This document shows positions 29,330 through 37,216 of a DNA stretch of 64,000 bases, one piece after another; position 1 is the stretch's first letter; every line of letters begins with the position of its first letter. The translations under genes and the position numbers were made by a program. This DNA is from Oceanispirochaeta sp. (GTDB lineage Bacteria; Spirochaetota; Spirochaetia; DSM-2461). The stretch lies in the NCBI GenBank assembly GCA_963663385.2, contig CAXXXD010000003.1:32001-96000 (forward strand), given 5' to 3'. Below the pieces are notes generated by a model. The model did not search any database, was not told the origin of the DNA, and was given only the letters and a program-made list of their open reading frames with translations.

Positions 29330-31222
29330 TTATCCCTGAATCATCTCTTCCCACTCCGTATACATCTTCTCCAGGCGGGAGGTCAGCTTATCCAGCTTGC
29401 CGGCGGTCTGCCGGCCTTTCAGTTTGTCCTTATCCCGGAAGGCTTCCTTTAATAACTCCTCCAGTCTGGATTTTTCATTCTCTCCTTCCTGAATCCGTCT
29501 TTCCAGAGCCCGGCTCCTGTCATCTGCGGCAGGTTCCGTTTTCTTCCTTTCAGCTCCCCGTCTTGAAATCTTTCCGCTGAGCCGCGGCAGAACGGGATAC
29601 TTCGTTCTGAAATACCCGGAGAAATTCCCCTCATAGGATTTGAATCGCCCCTTATCAATTTCTATAACCCGGTCTACCAGTCTGTCCAGAAAGTAGCGGT
29701 CGTGCGAGACCACCAGAACGGTTCCCCTGAACTTTTCGATAGCCTGTTCAATCATCTCCCGGCTGGGGATATCCATATGATTGGTCGGCTCGTCCAGTAT
29801 GAGAAAGTTGGTTTTTCTGTACATCAGACGGGCCAGCTGGAGACGGTTGACTTCTCCCCCGGAGAGAACGGAAAGAGGTTTTTCCATATCCCCGCAGGAA
29901 AAGGAAAAGTTTCTGGCCAGGGAAAAAGCGCCGTCCTTTGACAGAGCTCCCCAGCTTCGAATTTCATCCTCTACTGTAAGGGCTCCTTCCTGAAATTCCG
30001 GTGTTTGAGAAAGGTAGCCCACTATCTGACTGGGGCCCAGGCGCAGGTGAGTACTGTCCCATCTCCCCTGATCCAGCAGAACTTTCAGAAAGGTGGATTT
30101 CCCGCAGCCGTTCGGTCCCACAAGAGCCACCTTCTCCCGGCAACGGATTTCCAGATCAGCCCCGGCAAAGAGGGTTCTTTCTCCAAAACTCCAATTAAAA
30201 TCTTTTACCTGCAGGGCGATGTGTGAGCGGGAATCCTCGTCTCCGAAATCCAGGTTGAGGGCTTCTTCCTCCAGGCGGGGTTTCTCAAGGGTTTTATTTC
30301 TTTCTTCTGCCAGTTTCTGTTTCGCCGTACCCAGGCGCGCCATGACACTGGCCGGCGGATTATACTGGTTCATGGCTATGGTCTGGAGCTGTTTTATCTC
30401 CTTTTCCAGTTTCGCCTGAACCCTGCGGCTTGCTTCATAGGCGCTTTGCTCCGCAATGGCATTTCTGTATTTTTCTGTTCTAAAGGACGTATAGCTCCCT
30501 TTAAATTCAGTCAGTTTGCCCTCAAACAGGTCCAGCAGAACGGGACAGGTCTTTTCCAGAAGATACCGGTTGTGAGAAACAATCAGAACAGCGCCCGGAT
30601 AGGACGCCAGAAAGGATTCCAGCCAGGCCAACCCCAGATAATCCAGGTGATTCCCCGGTTCATCCAGAATGAGCAGTTCCGGTTCAGTCAGAAGGGCTCT
30701 GGCAAAAAAGATCATGCTCCGTTCTCCGCCGGAGAGGGAGCCCATCGGCTGGGTCAGAGGATTATCCAGCCCCAGTTTCGCTAAAAGGGCTTTTCCTCTA
30801 TCCAGAGCGGTGTATCCTCCTTTACTTTCAAAAAGGTCGCATACCTTCTGATACCCGGCCAGCAGCTTTCCCATTTTTTCCGGATCGGTTGCCAGCGAGG
30901 GATCAGCCATTCGCAGCTCCATCTTCTTCATCTCTCTGCTGAGGCCGGAGAGCTCTTCCACCAGGAACTCTTCAATCGTCCGGGACGGCTCGAAGCGGGG
31001 CTGCTGGGGAACGTAGCCGCATCTCAGCCCCGGTTTTTTCATGATGCGTCCCTTATCGGGTTCGTCCTCTCCCGTAATTAAGCGGATAAGAGTTGTCTTT
31101 CCTGCTCCATTGGGACCTATCAGACCATATTTTCCGCCTTCCAGCAACCTGAAGCCGGCGTTGATGAGTATCTCTCTGGAACCGTTATGCAGGTTCACAT
31201 TGTTTGCGTTGATTAAATCCAT
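29330..31222 (-). CDS. ABC-F family ATPase (ribosome-associated, possible antibiotic resistance)
   Basis: Two ABC domains (GPNGAGKTT, LSGGE, LDEPGNHLD; GPNGCGKST, LDEPTNHMD), no TM segments. Confidence 0.93.
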   Translation of the reverse strand: MDLINANNVNLHNGSREILINAGFRLLEGGKYGLIGPNGAGKTTLIRLITGEDEPDKGRIMKKPGLRCGYVPQQPRFEPSRTIEEFLVEELSGLSREMKKMELRMADPSLATDPEKMGKLLAGYQKVCDLFESKGGYTALDRGKALLAKLGLDNPLTQPMGSLSGGERSMIFFARALLTEPELLILDEPGNHLDYLGLAWLESFLASYPGAVLIVSHNRYLLEKTCPVLLDLFEGKLTEFKGSYTSFRTEKYRNAIAEQSAYEASRRVQAKLEKEIKQLQTIAMNQYNPPASVMARLGTAKQKLAEERNKTLEKPRLEEEALNLDFGDEDSRSHIALQVKDFNWSFGERTLFAGADLEIRCREKVALVGPNGCGKSTFLKVLLDQGRWDSTHLRLGPSQIVGYLSQTPEFQEGALTVEDEIRSWGALSKDGAFSLARNFSFSCGDMEKPLSVLSGGEVNRLQLARLMYRKTNFLILDEPTNHMDIPSREMIEQAIEKFRGTVLVVSHDRYFLDRLVDRVIEIDKGRFKSYEGNFSGYFRTKYPVLPRLSGKISRRGAERKKTEPAADDRSRALERRIQEGENEKSRLEELLKEAFRDKDKLKGRQTAGKLDKLTSRLEKMYTEWEEMIQG

Positions 31223-31259
31223 AAAACTTCCTCCATTGTAAGAAAACAGCGTTTGCCAC

Positions 31260-31340
31260 GCTTCCGGAGGAAAAGGGATATGAGATGTGTCTATCTGTAA
31301 TTTATCTTAATTTTCTCATACCTTTTTTATGTCCGGAAGC
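31260..31340 (-). promoter_or_regulatory. translational attenuator upstream of the ABC-F gene
   Basis: Imperfect stem GCTTCCGGA..AAAAGG.TATGAGA / TCTCATA..CCTTTT..TCCGGAAGC; the 3' arm carries TTCCTCC, complementary to the ABC-F SD GGAGGAA. Confidence 0.7.
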
Positions 31341-31386
31341 TCCCGAGCTGTCTTCCTCCAACGGACTTGTATAAAAGCCATGTCAT
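31327..31386 (-). CDS. leader peptide MTWLLYKSVGGRQLGSFRT
   Basis: AGGAGG RBS 8 nt upstream; its last codons overlap the 5' arm of the attenuator. Confidence 0.7.
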   Translation of the reverse strand: MTWLLYKSVGGRQLGSFRT

Positions 31387-31543
31387 AGTAAATGCCTCCT
31401 GAATTAAAAAATCTTTTAACACTATAGTACCGATTCAGAGAATCTTGAAGGGAAATACGGTTTTTTTGTTTAATATCTTCGATTAGGTGATAGAATAAAA
31501 TGTACGTTGGTAATTTTATTCTATTTTAAGGAGGGGATTTTCC

Positions 31544-31903
31544 GTGCTGATAGAGTGTAAACATGTCAGTCAGGAACAGGTTGGTTTCCGGCGATATTTT
31601 ATGGATACATTTTTTGATCTCTTTGTCTGGTATGACAGGGCGGATGGAGAGATAACCGGTTTTGAACTCTGCTACGACAAACAGAACAATGAGCGGTCCA
31701 TCATATGGGACAGAGCTGCAGGATACACTCACAGCGGAGTCGACAGCGGCGAAGAGGACCCCGGACGTTATAAGCAGAGTCCCGTACTGGTGGCAGATGG
31801 TGTACTGGACAGCCTCTCCCTTGCCAGGAGATTCAAGGAAAACGAACTTCAGATGGATAGAACTGTTTTTGAGACGGTCTACCGGAAAATCGTTCAGTAT
31901 TGA
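31544..31903 (+). CDS. hypothetical protein
   Basis: AAGGAGG RBS before GTG; 119 aa. Confidence 0.75.
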   Translation: MLIECKHVSQEQVGFRRYFMDTFFDLFVWYDRADGEITGFELCYDKQNNERSIIWDRAAGYTHSGVDSGEEDPGRYKQSPVLVADGVLDSLSLARRFKENELQMDRTVFETVYRKIVQY

Positions 31904-31979
31904 ATCCCGATCCAGCCGGTTTAGGTTCAACTCCGGAACAGGTGCGGTCTCTGAAGGTTTCCTTCTGATTTATTGCTTC

Positions 31980-32023
31980 TGTAGGACTGGTCCTACAAAA
32001 AAAACAGTAAGTTCCTACTTACA
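31980..32023 (+). promoter_or_regulatory. two NarL/GacA-type palindromes upstream of citC
   Basis: TGTAGG-ACTGGT-CCTACA (31980-31997) and AGTAAG-TTCCTA-CTTACA (32006-32023). Confidence 0.7.
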
Positions 32024-32052
32024 GATTTAATGGCGGGGTTGAAAATACTTTT

Positions 32053-33105
32053 ATGTCTACCGAACAGTATGAAACACGAACTATGGATTTAAAACGGGAA
32101 TCGGACAGGAAGGCGCTGGAGGCATTTCTTGATAAAGAAGAGCTTACCATGGAACAGGACCTTGACTATGCGGTCTGTCTGTTTGATGAGGATAAAATTA
32201 TTGCTTCCGGGTGTGCCGCGGGAAATGTTCTCAAATGCATCGCTGTTGATTCCGATTACCAGGGGCAGGCCCTGACAAACCGGGTTATATCCTATTTACG
32301 GCTTAGAGCCTATCATGAAGGTTACACCTCCCTTTTTCTGTTTACAAAACCGAAAAACGAAACCGTATTTTCAGAGCTGGGTTTTTATACCCTGGCGGCT
32401 TCTCCCGATGCCATTCTGATGGAAAACAGTCCCGAAGGGTGTGAAAACTATATTGAATCCCTGGAATTCCCTTCAGACGGTATCCCGGCCGCCTCAATTG
32501 TAATGAACTGCAACCCCTTTACTCTGGGGCACCGCTATCTGATAGAGACGGCCTGTAAAGAGAACCAAAGGGTTCATCTCTTTGTTGTAAAAGAGGATCT
32601 CTCTGTGTTCCCCTTTGCTGCCCGAATGGAAATGATCCGGAAAGGAACGGAGGATCTGAAAAATCTCTTTATTCATGAAGGCCGGGATTATATTATTTCC
32701 CGTGCCACTTTCCCGACCTATTTTATCAAGGACAGTAAAATTATAAACGACAGCCATACCCGGATTGATCTGGATCTTTTTGCCGGGAAAATCGCTCCCC
32801 CTCTATCAATTGTAAAGCGGTATGTGGGAGAAGAACCATTTGACATTGTAACATCCCGGTACAACCGGATGATGAAGGAAATTCTTCCGGAAAAGGGAAT
32901 AGAAGTTGTTGAGATTCCCCGTAAATCGGTGGGAGATAAAGCGGTAAGCGCTACGAAAGTCCGTCGTGCCATGGCAGATGAACAGTGGGACATGCTGAAA
33001 GAGTGGGTGCCCCGTACCACACTGGATTTTCTGCTTTCTCAGGAAGGACGGAAAATCGCAGAAACTATAAGGAAAAGTGCTCGAAAGCTTTTACAGGAGG
33101 AATGA
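32053..33105 (+). CDS. citC: [citrate (pro-3S)-lyase] ligase
   Basis: GNAT N-terminus, IVMNCNPFTLGHRYL, YIISRATFPTYF, RYVGEEP; stop codon supplied by the IS left end. Confidence 0.96.
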   Translation: MSTEQYETRTMDLKRESDRKALEAFLDKEELTMEQDLDYAVCLFDEDKIIASGCAAGNVLKCIAVDSDYQGQALTNRVISYLRLRAYHEGYTSLFLFTKPKNETVFSELGFYTLAASPDAILMENSPEGCENYIESLEFPSDGIPAASIVMNCNPFTLGHRYLIETACKENQRVHLFVVKEDLSVFPFAARMEMIRKGTEDLKNLFIHEGRDYIISRATFPTYFIKDSKIINDSHTRIDLDLFAGKIAPPLSIVKRYVGEEPFDIVTSRYNRMMKEILPEKGIEVVEIPRKSVGDKAVSATKVRRAMADEQWDMLKEWVPRTTLDFLLSQEGRKIAETIRKSARKLLQEE

Positions 33106-33114
33106 TAAAAAGTC

Positions 33115-33300
33115 TTCATAGGCTAGTGGATTGATACAATGTTCTAAACATCGTTTAGAACAGCCAGGTTACTGTTCGCCATTTTTACTGGTCTCCGAGA
33201 CCGTACAGGAGAATGAAGAGCCGTGACCGAAACATTCAATGGTCTTCGAGACCGGATAGGAGAATGGAATCAATTCACCGTACAGGCGCTGTTTTAGGCA
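33115..33300 (+). ncRNA. putative bridge RNA, copy 2
   Basis: 5' hairpin TGTTCTAAAC/GTTTAGAACA (33140-33162); two modules with GGTCT(C/T)CGAGACC hairpins next to target-like TACAGGAG and donor-like ATAGGAG; boundaries approximate. Confidence 0.72.
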
Positions 33301-33314
33301 ATAGGAGCGAAGGT

Positions 33315-34427
33315 ATGAAGATGAGTATCGGAGTGGATCTGCACAAATCCCAGTTAACAGTCTGTTTCCTGAGTGATGATAGAAGCATTTGTGAATCAGG
33401 AATGTATCCGACCTCTGAGGACGGTTACAGAGCATTTCTTGAGAAAGCAGTGTCCTATACAGAAGAGGGCCTTGATGTTAGGGCTGCAGTGGAATCAACA
33501 GGAAATGCCCGGTTCTTCCGTAACAAGCTATTGCTAGCAGGGATTGAGGTGGTGGTTGTGAATACACTGAAATTCAAAGTTGTAAATGAATCAGTGAAAA
33601 AGACGGATAAGCATGATGCCAGAACTCTAGCAGAGTTCTTGGAAAAAGATATGCTTCCCGAATCACAGCTTTGTTCTCAGGAGAGTGAGGATATCCGTAG
33701 AGTTCTTAAATCCAGAACTATCCTTGTTAAATCAGTCGTATCTTTGAAGAATCAGGTTCACGGACTGCTTCTAGGGTATGGAATTGAAACAAAAAGAGCT
33801 GCGCTGCAGAGTAAAAAAGAAAGGCAGCGCATCCTCATCGGTCTCGTGGACCATAGGAGTTTCGGAAGCGCTGCCAAAGCGATAGAACCGCTGCTTTCTA
33901 CGATAGATCAGGTTTCGAACCAGGTCAAGCAGTTAGAGAAAGTCCTGCTGGAACTTGTAAAGGAAGATGAGGATGTACAGTTATTGCAGACGATCCCGGG
34001 AGTCGGATTGATAACGGCATCGACTATTAGGGCCTATACGGATGATATCAAGCGGTACGCCAGTGCCAAGAAGTATTCGGCTTATGCCGGTCTTGTACCA
34101 TGGGTGCAGAACTCCAATGAGACGATTCATCATGGGCATATAACAAAGAGAGGGGCTGTAGAACTGAGAACGGCATTTGTTCAGTGTGTTATGGGAATGG
34201 TTAGAACTCGGAAAACGACTGGCAATTACCGTATCATGACGAAGTACAGAGCGATGAAGAAGAACAAGGGCAGCGGCACGAGTATTATCGCCTCTGCAAG
34301 AAAGATGAGTACGGTAGTGTACTCCATATTGAAAACCCGTGAACCCTTTGATCCGTTGAAGATGGTTCCGGATGATAAGTACTTGAAGATGCAGGCGGCT
34401 GCATTCAATGCCGTAAAAACTGGGTAA
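33315..34427 (+). CDS. IS110 family DEDD recombinase/transposase (370 aa)
   Basis: DEDD motifs as in copy 1; ATAGGAG RBS at 33301; the first catalytic Asp (GVDLHK) falls near the N-terminus as usual. Confidence 0.95.
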   Translation: MKMSIGVDLHKSQLTVCFLSDDRSICESGMYPTSEDGYRAFLEKAVSYTEEGLDVRAAVESTGNARFFRNKLLLAGIEVVVVNTLKFKVVNESVKKTDKHDARTLAEFLEKDMLPESQLCSQESEDIRRVLKSRTILVKSVVSLKNQVHGLLLGYGIETKRAALQSKKERQRILIGLVDHRSFGSAAKAIEPLLSTIDQVSNQVKQLEKVLLELVKEDEDVQLLQTIPGVGLITASTIRAYTDDIKRYASAKKYSAYAGLVPWVQNSNETIHHGHITKRGAVELRTAFVQCVMGMVRTRKTTGNYRIMTKYRAMKKNKGSGTSIIASARKMSTVVYSILKTREPFDPLKMVPDDKYLKMQAAAFNAVKTG

Positions 34428-34486
34428 TCCGGTTCAATTGTAAGCTTGTTAATAGGCTTATGATTGACTTTTTATAGGAGTAGAGA

Positions 34487-34783
34487 ATGAAAATTGTAAA
34501 AACGGGTATGGCCGGATCTCTCGAATCCAGTGATGTCCTGATAACTGTCGACAGCAATCACGGTAAAGGGCGTGACGTCAGCCTGAGCAGTATTGTCAAA
34601 AGACAGTATGGAAAACAGATCCTGAAAGTGGTTGATGATACCCTGGATACCCTGTCCATCAAGGATGTGAAAGTCCGTCTGGAAGACAAGGGCGCCCTGG
34701 ACTGTACGATCCGGGCCCGGCTTGAAGCGGCCGTCTACCGGGCTGCCGGAAGTGAAACCTATCCCTGGGAGAACCTGTCATGA
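34487..34783 (+). CDS. citD: citrate lyase acyl carrier protein (gamma)
   Basis: AGSLESSD attachment motif, DKGALDCTIRAR. Confidence 0.97.
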   Translation: MKIVKTGMAGSLESSDVLITVDSNHGKGRDVSLSSIVKRQYGKQILKVVDDTLDTLSIKDVKVRLEDKGALDCTIRARLEAAVYRAAGSETYPWENLS

Positions 34784-35682
34784 AACTCAGACGAACCATG
34801 CTCTATGTGCCCGGCAATAATGCGGGGATGATGAAAGACGCCCATATCTACCGCTCCGATTCTGTCATGTTTGATCTGGAAGATTCGGTATCCCTGACGG
34901 AAAAGGATTCGGCCCGCTTCCTTGTGTTTAATGCCCTGACCACCCTGGACTACGGCGGAATTGAAACGGTTGTGCGCATCAATGGTCTGGATACGCCCTA
35001 CGGCCGGGAGGATATCAGGGCAATGGTCCGGGCAAGACCGGATGTGATCCGGCTCCCGAAAACCGAGACCCCTCAGGATGTACTGGATGTGGAAGCACTG
35101 ATAGAGAAAGAGGAAAAAGCGTCGGGCCTTGAAGTTGGAACCATTCTGATGATGGCGGCCATTGAAGGCCCCCTGGGAGTTCTCAATGCCTATGAAATCG
35201 CCACGTCTTCCAAACGGCTGATCGGTATAGCTCTGGGGGCTGAGGACTATGTTACCAGCATGAAAACCACCCGTTCCCCCGAAGGAATCGAGATCCTTTT
35301 CGCCCGTTCCCAGATTGTCGCGGCGGCCCGTGCGGCGGGTATCTATGCTCTGGATACGGTTTATTCGGATGTGAATGACGAAGAGGGATTTATCAATGAA
35401 GTGAAACTGATCAAACAGCTGGGGTTCGACGGGAAATCGGTTATTTCTCCCCGGCAGATACTCCCGGTTCATGATATTTTCTGTCCTACCGATAAGGAAA
35501 TCGACCACTCCATCCGGGTTATTCAGGCCATAAAGGAAGCGCAGCAGAAAAATTCCGGTGTCATCTCCCTTAACGGGAAGATGGTGGACAAACCCATTGT
35601 AGACCGGGCCCGCCGGGTTCTGGAGATGGCGAATGCATCGGGGATCCGGGTAAATGAACTGGAGGAGTACTGTAATGAGTAA
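34780..35682 (+). CDS. citE: citrate lyase beta subunit
   Basis: LRRTMLYVPGNN, FDLEDSV, LGAEDY, GKMVDKP. Confidence 0.97.
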   Translation: MKLRRTMLYVPGNNAGMMKDAHIYRSDSVMFDLEDSVSLTEKDSARFLVFNALTTLDYGGIETVVRINGLDTPYGREDIRAMVRARPDVIRLPKTETPQDVLDVEALIEKEEKASGLEVGTILMMAAIEGPLGVLNAYEIATSSKRLIGIALGAEDYVTSMKTTRSPEGIEILFARSQIVAAARAAGIYALDTVYSDVNDEEGFINEVKLIKQLGFDGKSVISPRQILPVHDIFCPTDKEIDHSIRVIQAIKEAQQKNSGVISLNGKMVDKPIVDRARRVLEMANASGIRVNELEEYCNE

Positions 35683-37216
35683 AAATGCTATCGGCCGGGA
35701 GATCCCTGCTGAAATTGACGGTAAAGAACTGCTTCCCTTCGAGGGCGCGTTTAAACGAACGCCTCTGGTCCGTCAGGATAAGGGAAACAGACAGCTTCCG
35801 CGACTGAACAAGCTGGTGGATACGATTGAACAGGCGGTATTGAAAACGGGATTGAAAGACGGTATGACCATCTCTTTTCATCACCATTTCCGTTCGGGGG
35901 ACTATATCCTGAATATGGTTATGGATGTTGTCTCCAATCTGGGAATCAGGGATCTGACCATCGCATCCAGTTCACTGACCACGGTACATGATGAACTGAT
36001 CCGGCATATTGAGAAGGGAACGGTAAGCCAGCTGATCACCAGCGGTCTGCGGGGAAAGCTGGCCCAGTTTATTTCTGCCGGTAAAATGGAAAAACCCGTT
36101 CTCTTCCACAGCCATGGCGGCCGTGCCAGGGCAATAGAAGTGGGGCAGATCAGGATTGATGTTGCCTTTCTGGGGGTCCCTTCCTGTGATGTCTATGGAA
36201 ATGCCAACGGTTATACCGGTCCTTCCGCCTGCGGTTCCCTGGGGTATGCCAAAGTGGATGCCAAACACGCCAGCAAGGTTGTTCTGATCACCGACTATCT
36301 GGCCGATTATCCCAACACTCCCTTCAGTATCGACCAGGACCTTGTGGATTACATTGTAAAAGTAGACGCCGTGGGCGACCCGGAGAAGATCAGTACCGGA
36401 GCCACCCGGATAACCAAGGATCCCCGGGATCTGCTGATTGCCCGGAATGCGGCGGATTTTATCGTTGCCAGTCCCTACTTTGAAGACGGTTTTTCCATGC
36501 AGACCGGATCGGGCGGCGCTTCTCTGGCTACGACCCGGTTTCTGACGGAACAGATGGAAAAAAGAGGAATTACCTGCAGCTGGGCCCTTGGCGGAATTAC
36601 CAGTCAGATGGTTAAAATGCATGAGGCGGGGCTGATCGGTAAGCTGCTGGATGTGCAGAGCTTTGATCAGGAAGCCATCGCCTCTATCGGCAGAAACCGT
36701 CTTCATACGGAGATTGACGCCTCCTACTATGCCAATCCCCTGAATAAAGGCTGCGCTGTCAATAAACTGAACGTGGTTATTCTCAGTGCACTGGAGATCG
36801 ATCTGGACTTTAATGTGAATGTCCTGACCGGTTCGGACGGTGTTATTATGGGAGCCTCCGGCGGTCACTCGGATACGGCCATCGGCTCGGGACTCTCCGT
36901 GGTCGTGGCTCCGCTGATACGGGGACGGACCTCCACTGTTACGGAGAAGGTCCTGACCGTTATAACCCCCGGGGAGAGTGTGGATGTTTTTGTTTCCGAC
37001 AGGGGCATTGCCATCAATCCGCGCCGGAAGGACCTTCTGGAGCATTTCAGCCGAGTCCGTCTTCCCTTCTGTACCATGGAGGAACTGCTGGACAGGGCGG
37101 AACGGCTTGTGGGAAAACCGGACCCCATTGAATTTACAGACCGTATTGTCGGTCTGGTGGAATATCGGGACGGAACAATTATCGATACGGTCCGGCAGGT
37201 GAAGGCGCTGGATTAA
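35675..37216 (+). CDS. citF: citrate lyase alpha subunit
   Basis: GLKDGMTISFHHHFR, SHGGRARAI, GASGGHSD; ATG 35675 after GGAGGAG. Confidence 0.97.
   Translation: MSKNAIGREIPAEIDGKELLPFEGAFKRTPLVRQDKGNRQLPRLNKLVDTIEQAVLKTGLKDGMTISFHHHFRSGDYILNMVMDVVSNLGIRDLTIASSSLTTVHDELIRHIEKGTVSQLITSGLRGKLAQFISAGKMEKPVLFHSHGGRARAIEVGQIRIDVAFLGVPSCDVYGNANGYTGPSACGSLGYAKVDAKHASKVVLITDYLADYPNTPFSIDQDLVDYIVKVDAVGDPEKISTGATRITKDPRDLLIARNAADFIVASPYFEDGFSMQTGSGGASLATTRFLTEQMEKRGITCSWALGGITSQMVKMHEAGLIGKLLDVQSFDQEAIASIGRNRLHTEIDASYYANPLNKGCAVNKLNVVILSALEIDLDFNVNVLTGSDGVIMGASGGHSDTAIGSGLSVVVAPLIRGRTSTVTEKVLTVITPGESVDVFVSDRGIAINPRRKDLLEHFSRVRLPFCTMEELLDRAERLVGKPDPIEFTDRIVGLVEYRDGTIIDTVRQVKALD

Larger units (their letters stand above)
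33100..34480 (+). mobile_element. IS110-family element, copy 2 (1381 bp), between citC and citD
   Basis: Flanked by AGGAG at 33095-33099 and 34476-34480; same encoded protein as copy 1; one substitution seen by eye (33125 vs 27763). Confidence 0.95.

Noticed and set aside
33190..33266. GGTCTYCGAGACC repeats as a mini CRISPR array
   Set aside because: Only two short units, inside the IS, with no cas genes; explained as bridge-RNA hairpins
33213..33314. 34-aa N-terminal extension of the transposase (404-aa call)
   Set aside because: It overlaps the structured RNA region; ATG 33315 has a well-spaced SD and puts the first catalytic Asp near the N-terminus
33095..34480. AGGAG read as a 5-bp target-site duplication
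   Set aside because: The same sequence flanks both insertions and IS110 enzymes do not make TSDs; it is better read as a core shared by donor and target
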